This document shows, piece after piece, positions 49,561 through 59,578 of a DNA stretch of 64,000 nt (the first letter of the stretch is position 1; every line of letters begins with the position of its first letter). Below the pieces are notes generated by a model. It had not been told where the DNA came from. It was given only the letters and a program-made list of their open reading frames with translations, and searched no databases. This stretch comes from a candidate division WOR-3 bacterium (GTDB lineage Bacteria > Hydrothermota > Hydrothermia > UBA1063 > CAJXJZ01), in NCBI GenBank assembly GCA_026986775.1, contig JALSNX010000009.1, forward strand, positions 54,450 to 118,449, in the 5' to 3' direction. The position numbers and the translations under genes are program-made.

Positions 49561-50835
49561 ATGTCAGAAAAGAATGTTAATGAAATTTATAACGAGTATG
49601 TTGAAAGGATAGTAAAAGAGGGCGCAGAAAATGAAACTGTGAGAATCGCTCTCGGTCGTGCCATTGCTGCTTTTAGAAAAAACAGACAACAGGCACTGAA
49701 CAAATACCCCCATACAGTTGTTATGGCAGACGAGGTGAGGAGAATTAAAGAGTACTCCATAGAGCACATGGAAGAACTGGTAGATAAAGCCTGCGAGGCC
49801 ATAGAAGAGAACCATGGTCACTGCTATAAGGCCAAAAACAAAGATGAAGCGCTTAAAATTTTTGATAGAATAATAGGAACAGGAAAAACCATTGTTCAGA
49901 GCAAATCCCTTACAGCAGAGGAAATCAGTTTAAGACATCACCTTCAGGAAAAAGGAAATGAGGTTTTTGAAACTGACCTTGGAGAGTTCATCACTCAACT
50001 TCTCGGGAACAGGCCCATGCACATTCTTGCACCTGCTATAAATGTGCCAAGAGAAAAGGTGGCGGAACTTCTTGAAAAGTACACGGGCGAAAAAATTGAC
50101 CACAGAAACATCCCCGAGATGGTAAATGCAGTAAGAAAGATTTTGAGAGACAAGTATTTCAATGCCCACTTCGGTATAAATGGTGCCAATGTGATTTCCG
50201 CAGACACAGGCAGTATGTTCATCATAGAAAATGAAGGTAATGCAAGACTTGTAACAGGAGCACCACCTGTTGAAATAGCCCTCATTGGTATGGAAAAGGT
50301 TGTACCCACCCTTCAGGACGCCTTTAAAACCGTTGAAGTCACATGGAGATATGCTAACTACAAGATGCCCGCCTATCTCAACATCATTTCAGGGCCTTCC
50401 AAAACAGGTGATATTGAAAAAGTCATAACTTACGGAGCACATGGCCCTAAAGAACTTCACGTTATCTTTCTTGACAACGGCAGAACAGAGATGGCAAAGG
50501 ACCCTGTGTACAGGGAAGCCCTCTATTGTTTGAGATGTGGAGCATGCCTGTACGAATGTCCTGTTTATGAAATAACTGCTGGATACTACGGCAAAAAGTA
50601 TCTGGGTGGTATCGGAACAATCTGGGATGCCTTCACAACCGTAGGATTCAAAGAATCAGCTCCAATGGCATATACATGTCTTAGATGTGGAAGATGTAAG
50701 AAAACCTGTCCTTTGAAAATAGATACCCCAAAGATGGTATCAAAACTCCGCAACGACCTCAAGAAGATGGGACTTGTTCCAGAACCCATAAAAATGTTTG
50801 CAGAAGAGATTCTAAAACTGGCAAAAGAGCTATAA
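49561..50835 (+). CDS. LUD-domain (DUF162) plus 4Fe-4S ferredoxin-domain protein (LutB-like)
   Basis: LUD-like region followed by two CxxCxxCxxxCP motifs (CLRCGACLYECP; CLRCGRCKKTCP). GGAGGG RBS before the ATG at 49561. Confidence 0.75.
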   Translation: MSEKNVNEIYNEYVERIVKEGAENETVRIALGRAIAAFRKNRQQALNKYPHTVVMADEVRRIKEYSIEHMEELVDKACEAIEENHGHCYKAKNKDEALKIFDRIIGTGKTIVQSKSLTAEEISLRHHLQEKGNEVFETDLGEFITQLLGNRPMHILAPAINVPREKVAELLEKYTGEKIDHRNIPEMVNAVRKILRDKYFNAHFGINGANVISADTGSMFIIENEGNARLVTGAPPVEIALIGMEKVVPTLQDAFKTVEVTWRYANYKMPAYLNIISGPSKTGDIEKVITYGAHGPKELHVIFLDNGRTEMAKDPVYREALYCLRCGACLYECPVYEITAGYYGKKYLGGIGTIWDAFTTVGFKESAPMAYTCLRCGRCKKTCPLKIDTPKMVSKLRNDLKKMGLVPEPIKMFAEEILKLAKEL

Positions 50836-50836
50836 A

Positions 50837-51289
50837 TTGAAAGTCGTTCTCCAGAGAGTTCGGAGAGCAAAAGTATTTATTGAAGATACCGGCACAGAGC
50901 AGGAGATAGAAAAAGGAATAGTTCTGCTCTGTGCCATTGAAAAAAACGACACAGAAAAGGAACTTAAATGGGTTGCTGACAGGTGTGTCAATCTACGTAT
51001 ATTTGAAGATTCAAATGGTAAAATGAATCTGTCTGTAATGGATATAGAAGGTGACATTCTGGCCATATCCAATTTCACAGTGGCAGGGAACACAAAAAAA
51101 GGCCGAAGACCATCCTTTGATGGGGCAGAAAAACCAGAGATAGCAGAAAAGCTGTTTGAAAAATTTCTTGATTTTCTTAAATCTTATAATCTTACTGTAA
51201 AAACAGGCAAATTCGGAGCAAAAATGCTAATTTACATAGAAAACGACGGTCCGGTAACGCTACTCGTTGAGAAACAACATACAGAATAA
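50837..51289 (+). CDS. dtd: D-aminoacyl-tRNA deacylase
   Basis: 150 aa. MKVVLQRV N-terminus and the SNFTVAGNT motif region of the DTD family. Confidence 0.9.
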   Translation: MKVVLQRVRRAKVFIEDTGTEQEIEKGIVLLCAIEKNDTEKELKWVADRCVNLRIFEDSNGKMNLSVMDIEGDILAISNFTVAGNTKKGRRPSFDGAEKPEIAEKLFEKFLDFLKSYNLTVKTGKFGAKMLIYIENDGPVTLLVEKQHTE

Positions 51290-51319
51290 ATTCTTTATAT
51301 CAAATAAAAGGAGTCTTTT

Positions 51320-52783
51320 ATGTTTGAAGGAGAACTCAGAAAAAAAACTGGATTCTTTCTTGGGCCTTTTGTGTTTTTGGTCGTGTATCTGTGGCCCATG
51401 GCCATGCCCAGAAGTGCCCATAGACTCCTTGCACTTTTTGCATTTGTAATTGTATTCTGGCTTTTTGAAGTAATACCCATTGGCATAACCGCTCTTTTAG
51501 GGGCTGCACTTATGGTGCCGCTTGGAATAACAGGTACAAAAGAGGCCTTCAGCGCATTTTCAAATCCCATAGTTATGCTGTTTCTTGGCAGTTTTATACT
51601 TGCGGATGCAATGATAAAACACAACCTGCACAGAAGAATAGCCCTCTATCTTCTATCACAAAAATGGGTAACTTCCTCATTTTTTGGCCTTATTTTTGCC
51701 ATTGCCTTTATTCCATATTTTCTTTCCATGTGGATGAGCAATACAGCCACAACTGCAATGATGCTTCCCATTACTTTAGGGATGTTAAACATGATTGAAG
51801 AAGGCAAGGGTAAAAAGATGAGCACTCACACGGGAATACTTCTTTTAATAGCCTATGCCGCCTCCATTGGTGGAATTGCCACTCCTGTTGGAACACCACC
51901 CAATCTTATAGCCCTCGGTTTCTTGAAAAAATTGGGATACGACATAGGCTTTTTCCAGTGGATGCTCTTTGCTGTGCCCGTTTCACTATTAACACTCCTT
52001 TTCCTTCTCCTTTACATGTATTTCGCCATAGAAAAACCCGATATAAAAAGTGAAGAATTGCACAAAAAGGTAATGGAGGAAAAAGAGGCCCTCGGCAGCA
52101 TGTCAAAGGGTGAAAGGAATATACTCATAGTTTTTACCCTTGTGGTTATACTGTGGGTATTGCCAGGTTTAATGAGAGCCATCGGAAAAATTACGCATTT
52201 TGCTGAACTTCTGAATCTTTACTCTGTATTCCATAAATACCTGAATGAAAAGGTAGTTGCAATACTTGGTGCATCTTTACTCTTCATCATACCCACAGAC
52301 TTCAAAAAAATGGAATTCACACTTGGGATAAAATCCCTTTCAAGAATAGACTGGTCAACACTCCTTTTATTTGGAGGAGGACTATCACTTGGTACACAGG
52401 TATTTAAATCAGGACTTGCCGCACAGATAGGGGGAGTTCTTAGAGGTATCATGGCACCTGCAACTTTCGTGGTGGCGTTGTTTATAGTTGTTATTTCACT
52501 TGATTTCCTTACTGAAATTACATCCAATACGGCAACAAGCAATGCATTTATACCCATTATAATCGGTGTGGCTCAGGCAACCGGGCTGCCGCTTCTTCCA
52601 CTTGTAATAGGCGGGACTCTCGCTGCAAGTTTTGCCTTCATGTTACCTGTTGCAACCCCACCCAACGCCATTGTGTTTGGAAGCGGGAAAATTGCCTTGA
52701 AGGAAATGATTAAGACAGGTATTGTGCTTGATATAGTGGGAGCATTCATTGTGACTATTCTTGTTTACCTCTTTGTGCACTGA
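51320..52783 (+). CDS. DASS/SLC13-family sodium-coupled anion symporter
   Basis: 487 aa with about 12 transmembrane helices and paired hairpin SNT/SNTAT motifs (MWMSNTATTAMM; TEITSNTATSNAFIP). Confidence 0.85.
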   Translation: MFEGELRKKTGFFLGPFVFLVVYLWPMAMPRSAHRLLALFAFVIVFWLFEVIPIGITALLGAALMVPLGITGTKEAFSAFSNPIVMLFLGSFILADAMIKHNLHRRIALYLLSQKWVTSSFFGLIFAIAFIPYFLSMWMSNTATTAMMLPITLGMLNMIEEGKGKKMSTHTGILLLIAYAASIGGIATPVGTPPNLIALGFLKKLGYDIGFFQWMLFAVPVSLLTLLFLLLYMYFAIEKPDIKSEELHKKVMEEKEALGSMSKGERNILIVFTLVVILWVLPGLMRAIGKITHFAELLNLYSVFHKYLNEKVVAILGASLLFIIPTDFKKMEFTLGIKSLSRIDWSTLLLFGGGLSLGTQVFKSGLAAQIGGVLRGIMAPATFVVALFIVVISLDFLTEITSNTATSNAFIPIIIGVAQATGLPLLPLVIGGTLAASFAFMLPVATPPNAIVFGSGKIALKEMIKTGIVLDIVGAFIVTILVYLFVH

Positions 52784-52797
52784 ATGGAGAATTCACC

Positions 52798-53115
52798 ATG
52801 GAAAAATATATTATGATTATAACAACAACTGACTCAAAAGATATTGCAGAAACAATAGCAGGAACACTAATTGGTGAAAAGCTTGCTGCATGTGTTCAGA
52901 TTTTACCAGAAGTAGAAAGTTTCTATACATGGAAGGGTAAGGTGGAGCGCTCAGAGGAATATCTGCTCTTTATCAAGAGCCGTAAGACACTGTATGATAA
53001 AATTGAAGAAAGAATCAAGACATTACACAACTACGAAGTCCCAGAAATAATAGCCCTACCTATAGAAAAGGGACTTTCCACCTATCTTAAATGGATAGAT
53101 GATAACACATGTTAA
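52798..53115 (+). CDS. cutA: Divalent-cation tolerance protein CutA
   Basis: 105 aa. The TTTDSKDIAETIAGTLIGEKLAACVQI and YEVPEIIALPIEKG segments are typical of the CutA1 family. Confidence 0.9.
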   Translation: MEKYIMIITTTDSKDIAETIAGTLIGEKLAACVQILPEVESFYTWKGKVERSEEYLLFIKSRKTLYDKIEERIKTLHNYEVPEIIALPIEKGLSTYLKWIDDNTC

Positions 53116-53200
53116 ATACAATTCTCTAAACTGCAGAGTTAAATTTAAATAAATTCAATACAAATCCAGCACAGAGTATTCAGTTAGAGGGTTTCACTTC

Positions 53201-53228
53201 TTGACAGAACTCCTCTCCCCACTATAAT
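53201..53228 (+). promoter_or_regulatory. Sigma70-like promoter (TTGACA-N16-TATAAT)
   Basis: cTTGACAgaactcctctccccacTATAATat, followed by AGGAGG and the ATG of the small lipoprotein ORF. Confidence 0.45.
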
Positions 53229-53269
53229 ATAAAAAGTGACACAAATAAAAAAAGGAGGTAAAGTATGAA

Positions 53270-53593
53270 ATGAAGGTAAAAGTGTCAGATATATCAGGCA
53301 GTATAATAAAGTATGCCATGATGGCAGTATTGATGGTGATTGCAATGGGCGGAGGATGCAAAAAGAAACTGCCTACACAACCACAGGATAACAACAACAA
53401 TGAATACACATACCCGCTCAATATTTCAAATGATGAATTGAATTCGTATGGTCCAAACATTGCAATAGATACTCGTGGAAGAGTATATGTACTGTGGTTT
53501 GATGCAGAGGGTGCGAAGTTAAAGATAAGGGATGAGAATGATAGATTTGATATTTATTATGCAGAATTCCCTTTTGGGAGGATAATAAGATAG
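53270..53593 (+). CDS. Small hypothetical lipoprotein
   Basis: Lipobox-like AMGGGC after a hydrophobic stretch. Strong RBS and promoter upstream. No recognisable family. Confidence 0.5.
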   Translation: MKVKVSDISGSIIKYAMMAVLMVIAMGGGCKKKLPTQPQDNNNNEYTYPLNISNDELNSYGPNIAIDTRGRVYVLWFDAEGAKLKIRDENDRFDIYYAEFPFGRIIR

Positions 53594-53987
53594 GGAAGGA
53601 GGACAAAAATGAGGTACAGGAAATTATTTATCTTGTGGGGGCATCAGAGGACATCTTAACACATTTATCCATCATCCCTATCACTACCATTTTCATCTTA
53701 TTATAAAATTTTGAATCATTGTTTTTGTTTACATGCTCGCTCTGTTGTTAAGGTGCTTTAAAAACACCCGGTAGACCTTTATGTCAACTCCACATACTCA
53801 ATACAGTATATATAAACTCATTTTTAAGTTCTCTCCATTATGCTCTACAAGGTTTTATAATTCGTTACATTGTGATACTTTATCGTCTTTCTTTTTTTGA
53901 GGAAATCCATCTTGCTCCGATAAGATTATTTTTGAGAAATAGCGGTGTCTTTGCCTCTCTTTTAGTTATGAGTTAAAATATTAGTCT

Positions 53988-55235
53988 ATGATTAACCCGA
54001 AATATATCCGAGAGAATATAGAAGACCTGAAAAAGGCTCTTGAAAAAAGGGGCCAGAACCCTGAGGTTGCCCATGAGATTGCTCAAATGGACGAACGGGT
54101 GAGATTTCTGAAAAAGGCACTTGATGACCTGCGTAAGGAGAGAAATGAAAAGGGTAAACTTATTCCAGAACTGAAGAAAGAGGGTAAAGATGCAGAAGAG
54201 GTGTTAAATCAACTTAAAGCACTGGCTGAAAAGATAAAATCCTATGAAAAAGAACTGCAAGATGTGGAAGAAAAGTTAAAAGATGCCCTTTACTTTATAC
54301 CGAATATTCCTCATGAAAGTGTGCCTTTCGGAAAGGATGAGGCTGATAACAGGGTTATAAAGGAGCACGAAGGTAAAAAACCCCTTTCTGCCAATCCCCC
54401 ACCCCACTGGGAAATCGGTGAGAAACTTGACATTATAGACTTAAAAAGGGCCGCCAATCTCTCAGGTTCAAGGTTTTATCTCTTTAAGTCCTTCGCAGCA
54501 AAACTTGAAAGAGCATTGATTAACTTTTTCCTGAGAGAGAACGAAAAGAAGGGTTATACTGAGATTCTACCCCCTTATCTTGTCAGAGAAGAAATACTCT
54601 ATGGCTCAGGACAGTTACCAAAATTCAGGGAAGAACTCTATAAAACACAGGATGACCTTTACCTTATACCAACTGCCGAAGTGCCGCTTGCAAACCTTCA
54701 CAGGAATGAAATACTTGATGAGGATGTTCTGCCCCTCAAATATATGGCATTTACTCCGTGTTTTCGGAGAGAGGCTGGCTCCTACGGGAAGGATGTGAGG
54801 GGTATAATTAGATTACATCAGTTTCATAAGGTTGAACTTTTTAAATTCACAAAACCTGAAGAGTCCTATGAGGAACTGGAAAAAATGCGGGAAGATGCAG
54901 AGGAACTGCTGAAACAATTAGGACTTACATACAGGGTTGTTGAACTATGCACAGCTGACCTTGGATTTTCAGCCGCAAAAACCTATGACCTTGAGGTATG
55001 GGCACCAGGGGTGAAAAGATGGCTTGAGGTCTCAAGCATTTCAAATACAGAGGACTTTCAGGCAAGAAGGACCATGACAAGGTTCAGAAGAAAGGGGCAG
55101 AAAAAACCTGAATATGTGCATACCTTAAACGGTTCTGGACTTGCAACTCCACGAGTTTTCATTGCTCTACTTGAAACTTATTATACAGACTCAGGTAAAA
55201 TAGAGCTTCCAGAGGTTTTAAAAGAGTTTATGTAA
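53988..55235 (+). CDS. serS: Seryl-tRNA synthetase
   Basis: N-terminal coiled-coil arm. Class II motifs (FRREAGSYGKDVRGIIRLHQFHKVE; GSGLATPRV). Confidence 0.9.
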   Translation: MINPKYIRENIEDLKKALEKRGQNPEVAHEIAQMDERVRFLKKALDDLRKERNEKGKLIPELKKEGKDAEEVLNQLKALAEKIKSYEKELQDVEEKLKDALYFIPNIPHESVPFGKDEADNRVIKEHEGKKPLSANPPPHWEIGEKLDIIDLKRAANLSGSRFYLFKSFAAKLERALINFFLRENEKKGYTEILPPYLVREEILYGSGQLPKFREELYKTQDDLYLIPTAEVPLANLHRNEILDEDVLPLKYMAFTPCFRREAGSYGKDVRGIIRLHQFHKVELFKFTKPEESYEELEKMREDAEELLKQLGLTYRVVELCTADLGFSAAKTYDLEVWAPGVKRWLEVSSISNTEDFQARRTMTRFRRKGQKKPEYVHTLNGSGLATPRVFIALLETYYTDSGKIELPEVLKEFM

Positions 55236-55236
55236 T

Positions 55237-55803
55237 ATGAAGGAAATAGTAAATGATATCCTTGAAATAGGAAAACTGCTGTATCAAAAAAATTTTATCC
55301 TTGCAACAGACGGGAATATAAGTGCTCTAATTGACAATGAACGGATCATTATAACCCCCTCTGGCAGAAGAAAGGAAAAATTGAAAGAGGAGGACCTTGT
55401 TGTTATTAATAGAGAAGGTGCTATACTGAGTGGAACAAACAGACCTTCAAGTGAAATCTACATGCACCTGTGGATATATGAACAGAGACCCGACGTAAAG
55501 GCTATAATACATGCACATCCACCCCATGCAACATCCTACTCTTTCGTTATGCCACGCGAGTACACGCCACAACTTGCAGAGACCAGAGATTTTGTGGGGA
55601 AAATAAGTTTTGTACCATACAGAGAGCCTGGCTCAAAGGAACTGGCAAAAGAGGTAAAAGAGAAAATTAAAAACAGCCTTGCTCTGGTTTTGCACAAACA
55701 TGGTGTGATAGTCGGGGGTACATCCCTGTGGGATGCCTTCTCAAGGCTTGAAAGACTTGAGTTTGAAATAAAAATAAGAATGATGAGGAGGGCTTTTCAA
55801 TGA
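55237..55803 (+). CDS. Class II aldolase/adducin-family protein
   Basis: 188 aa. SSEIYMHL and the IIHAHPPHAT metal-binding His motifs. Confidence 0.8.
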   Translation: MKEIVNDILEIGKLLYQKNFILATDGNISALIDNERIIITPSGRRKEKLKEEDLVVINREGAILSGTNRPSSEIYMHLWIYEQRPDVKAIIHAHPPHATSYSFVMPREYTPQLAETRDFVGKISFVPYREPGSKELAKEVKEKIKNSLALVLHKHGVIVGGTSLWDAFSRLERLEFEIKIRMMRRAFQ

Positions 55804-58394
55804 AGTGGACAGCAAATAAGGTAAGAAAAACATTTCTTGAATACTTTAAAAATAAGGGACACATACCCGTTCCCAGTTCACCACTACTTCCCTATGGTGA
55901 CCCTACTTTGCTTTTTACCAACGCAGGTATGAATCAATTTAAGGACTATTTCCTTGGGAAAAAAGAACCCCCTTTTAAACGTGCAACATCCTGCCAGAAA
56001 TGTATGAGAGCTGGTGGTAAACACAATGACCTTGACAATGTTGGGTTTACAAAAAGGCATCACACCTTTTTTGAGATGCTTGGTAACTTTTCCTTTGGAG
56101 ATTATTTTAAAAAAGATGCCATAAAATTTGCGTGGGAGTTACTTACAGAGGTCTTTGGACTTGATAAGGAAAAACTATGGGTTACTGTTTACAGAGACGA
56201 CGATGAGGCTTATGAAATATGGAAAGATGAAATAGGAGTGCCAGAAGCGAGAATTCTCAGGCTTGGAGAAAAGGATAATTTCTGGGAAATGGGTGATACT
56301 GGTCCATGTGGTCCATCTTCTGAAATACATTACGACCTTGGAGAGGAAGAAGACCCCAATCAGAAAACTCCCGAAGATGATGGTGAGAGATTTCTTGAAC
56401 TGTGGAACCTTGTGTTCATGCAGTATCATCGTGACGAAGAGGGAAAGCTTCACCCACTTCCGAAGAAAAACATTGATACTGGTATGGGACTTGAAAGGAT
56501 TTTACGTGTATTGCAGAAGGTAGATTCCAACTTTCATACTGACCTTTTCATGCCCATAATAGAGGAAATTGAAAGAATCACTGGACTTAAATATTCAAAA
56601 GGAGAAGATGGTGCACCCTTCAGGGTACTGGCAGACCATTCAAGGGCTTTAACCATGGCTATTGCTGATGGTATATATCCCTCTAACTACGGAAGGGGTT
56701 ATGTATTAAGAAGAATCTTAAGACGTGCTCATAGATTTGCTCAAAAAATTGGTTATGAAGATAAGCCCATACTTTACAGACTTGTTCCTGTTGTAATAGA
56801 TATAATGCAAGAGGCTTATCCTGAACTATCTGCCAAAAAGGCTGAGATTGAGATTATTATAAAGAAAGAGGAGGAGAGGTTCATTGAAAACATAGCCCGT
56901 AATCTCCCGAAACTCAGAGAAGAATTTGAAAAAGCAAAAGATACAGGAGTGCTTTCGGGAAGGGTGGTTTTCACATTTTATGACACCTATGGACTTCCAA
57001 TAGACCTTATTGAGGAGTATGCCGAAACATACGGTCTTGTCCTTGATCTTGAAACCTTCCATAATCTTATGGCTGAACAGAGGAAAAGAGCACGTAAAAA
57101 AGAAAAGGCGAAATTTGAAATAACGGAATGGAAGGTTTTATCACAACAAAAGGGCAGTCATTTTGTCGGTTATGAGACTCTTAAAGCAATAGGTAAACTG
57201 ATAAAGTTCGCAAAAGTAAAGGACAGAACCTTTCTTGTCTTTACAAAAACTCCATTTTACGCTGAAAGTGGAGGACAGGTAAGCGACAGGGGCTTTGTGG
57301 AGTTTGAGTATAAGGAGTCAAAACTCAGATTTGAAATTGTTGATGTGCAGAAGATAATGGGCGAAATCGTTCATGTGGTAAAGGGTGACTTTCCAGAAAT
57401 AACCGAACCTGTTGAAGCCATTCTTACAGTTGACGAAGACTTCAGAAAAGGAAGCATGAGGGCACATACAGCGACACACCTTCTGCATGCTGCTTTAAGA
57501 GAAGTTCTCGGGACCCATGTAAGACAGGAAGGCTCTCTCGTAGAGCCTGACAGATTGAGATTTGATTTCCTGCATTTTAAGGCTATGACAGATGAAGAAT
57601 TAAAAGAGGTGGAAAGGCTCGTCAATGAAAAAATCATTGAAAATATACCTTTAGAATTTGCCTACATGTCCTATCATGATGCCCTAAAAATCGGTGCAAT
57701 GGCCTTATTTGAAGGTAAATACGGCGAAACTGTCAGAGTCGTTAAAATTGATAACTTTTCTATAGAACTCTGTGGAGGAACTCATGTCAACCGAACGGGA
57801 GATATTGGACTTTTCAAAATCGTAAAAGAAGAGGCGTCAAGTTCCAACATCCGCCGCATAGAGGCATATACGGGCAAAAAAGCCCTACAACTTATTCAGT
57901 TCCATACTGACGTCCTAAGAGACATACAGAGCATTGTGGGCGGTAGCATTGAAACACTATCTGATAAAATAAAGAAACTTCAGGAAGACATCAAGGAAAA
58001 GGATGAGAAGATTGACAGAATATACGGGAAGATGGCATCTTTAGCAAAAGAGAAACTTGATGTAAAAACTTCAGACGGAATCAACATCCTTTACGGTGAG
58101 TTTGAAGGAGTGGACATAAGATTCCTCAGAAAACTCATGGATGTGGTAAAATCTTCAAGTAAGAACGATGAATACGTCCTCGTACTTGCGGCTGTAAGAG
58201 GCAATAACTTCAACATTCTTGTATACAGCAGCACAGAAAAAGCAGATGCTGCCCAAATTCTCAAAAAGATGGGAAGGTATATCAAGGGAGGTGGTGGTGG
58301 AAACAGACAGAAAGCCGAGGGTGGAGGAAAAGACCTTGAAGGTCTCCGAAATGTGATAAATAATATAGAGGTTATTTTAAAGGAGGAGGACTGA
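55800..58394 (+). CDS. alaS: Alanyl-tRNA synthetase
   Basis: 864 aa. FTNAGMNQFKDYFLG, the editing-domain HTATHLLHAAL zinc motif, and a C-terminal DHHA1 region. Confidence 0.95.
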   Translation: MKWTANKVRKTFLEYFKNKGHIPVPSSPLLPYGDPTLLFTNAGMNQFKDYFLGKKEPPFKRATSCQKCMRAGGKHNDLDNVGFTKRHHTFFEMLGNFSFGDYFKKDAIKFAWELLTEVFGLDKEKLWVTVYRDDDEAYEIWKDEIGVPEARILRLGEKDNFWEMGDTGPCGPSSEIHYDLGEEEDPNQKTPEDDGERFLELWNLVFMQYHRDEEGKLHPLPKKNIDTGMGLERILRVLQKVDSNFHTDLFMPIIEEIERITGLKYSKGEDGAPFRVLADHSRALTMAIADGIYPSNYGRGYVLRRILRRAHRFAQKIGYEDKPILYRLVPVVIDIMQEAYPELSAKKAEIEIIIKKEEERFIENIARNLPKLREEFEKAKDTGVLSGRVVFTFYDTYGLPIDLIEEYAETYGLVLDLETFHNLMAEQRKRARKKEKAKFEITEWKVLSQQKGSHFVGYETLKAIGKLIKFAKVKDRTFLVFTKTPFYAESGGQVSDRGFVEFEYKESKLRFEIVDVQKIMGEIVHVVKGDFPEITEPVEAILTVDEDFRKGSMRAHTATHLLHAALREVLGTHVRQEGSLVEPDRLRFDFLHFKAMTDEELKEVERLVNEKIIENIPLEFAYMSYHDALKIGAMALFEGKYGETVRVVKIDNFSIELCGGTHVNRTGDIGLFKIVKEEASSSNIRRIEAYTGKKALQLIQFHTDVLRDIQSIVGGSIETLSDKIKKLQEDIKEKDEKIDRIYGKMASLAKEKLDVKTSDGINILYGEFEGVDIRFLRKLMDVVKSSSKNDEYVLVLAAVRGNNFNILVYSSTEKADAAQILKKMGRYIKGGGGGNRQKAEGGGKDLEGLRNVINNIEVILKEED

Positions 58395-59578
58395 TGGATA
58401 TATTTGAGAAGTGCTACAGATTTGAAGAGGCTGATAGGGCAAGAGAAATGGGATTCTATCCTTATTTTTATCCTGTGGGGTCTGCTGAAGATACAGAGGT
58501 TATCGTTGATGGGAAAAAGAAGATAATGTTTGGTTCCAATAATTACCTTGGACTTACAACTCATCCAAAGATAATGGAGGCAGCGAAAAAGGCTATTGAT
58601 GAATACGGAACAGGAAGCTGTGGTTCAAGGTTTTTAAATGGAACTTTAGATATTCACATAGAACTTGAGAAAGAACTTGCAGAGTTTGTTCACAAAGAGG
58701 CTGCACTGGTATTCAGTACAGGTTATCAGACAAATCTGGGTATAATGTCAGCACTTTTAGGTAGAAACGATGTGGTGGTTCTGGATAAATGGGACCATGC
58801 TTCCATAGTTGATGGAACAAGGTTGGGTTTTGCAAAGGTTGAAAGATTCAGGCATAATGATATGGACCATCTGAGAAAAATCCTTGACAAAATCCCTCCT
58901 GAAAAGGGAGTTTTAATCGTGGTTGATGGTGTTTTCAGTATGGAGGGTGATATTGCAAAGCTCCCTGAACTCGTTGAAATCAAAAAAGAATACGGAGCAA
59001 GACTCATGGTGGATGATGCCCATTCAATTGGTGTACTCGGACCCAGTGGTGCAGGAACCGCTGACCACTTCAATATGTTTGATGAGGTTGATATTATCAT
59101 GTGCACCTTCAGTAAATCCTTCGCCTCACTTGGCGGCTTTGTGGCAGCAGATGCAAAAGTCATAGATTATATAAAGCACTTTGGAAGACCGATGATATTC
59201 AGTGCATCACTTCCTCCTGCTATGGTGGCAGCGGCAAGAGCTGCACTTGATATTATAAAAAACGATAAAGAAAGAAGAGAAAACCTGTGGAAGAATACCA
59301 GAATGTGGCAGGAAGGGCTCAAAGAAATGGGATTTGACATTGGTGATACTGAAACCCCCATTGTTCCAATAGTAATAGGAGATGACGAAAAAACCTTCTT
59401 CTTCTGGAAGGCGCTTATGGAGGCTGGAGTTTATACAAATCCTGTTATAACACCTGCAGTTCCACCAGGCAGGCAGTTACTCAGAACAAGCATAATGGCC
59501 ACTCATACAGAGGAACAGATTGAAAGGGCTCTCCATATTGTAGGAGAGGTTGGTAGAGAAATGGGGATAATAAAATGA
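58394..59578 (+). CDS. Alpha-oxoamine synthase most similar to serine palmitoyltransferase (SPT); the alternatives are KBL or BioF
   Basis: GSNNYLGLTTHP, YGTGSCGSRFLNGTLDIH, STGYQTNLG, the PLP-lysine context TFSKSFASLGG, and FRHNDMDHL. These agree more closely with bacterial Spt than with BioF or Kbl as I recall them. Confidence 0.8.
   Translation: MDIFEKCYRFEEADRAREMGFYPYFYPVGSAEDTEVIVDGKKKIMFGSNNYLGLTTHPKIMEAAKKAIDEYGTGSCGSRFLNGTLDIHIELEKELAEFVHKEAALVFSTGYQTNLGIMSALLGRNDVVVLDKWDHASIVDGTRLGFAKVERFRHNDMDHLRKILDKIPPEKGVLIVVDGVFSMEGDIAKLPELVEIKKEYGARLMVDDAHSIGVLGPSGAGTADHFNMFDEVDIIMCTFSKSFASLGGFVAADAKVIDYIKHFGRPMIFSASLPPAMVAAARAALDIIKNDKERRENLWKNTRMWQEGLKEMGFDIGDTETPIVPIVIGDDEKTFFFWKALMEAGVYTNPVITPAVPPGRQLLRTSIMATHTEEQIERALHIVGEVGREMGIIK

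Noticed and set aside
53600-53990. T-box riboswitch upstream of serS
   Set aside because: I scanned the 390-bp leader for the conserved T-box sequence (AGGGUGGNACCGCG) and specifier/antiterminator architecture and found none. The region is simply AT-rich.
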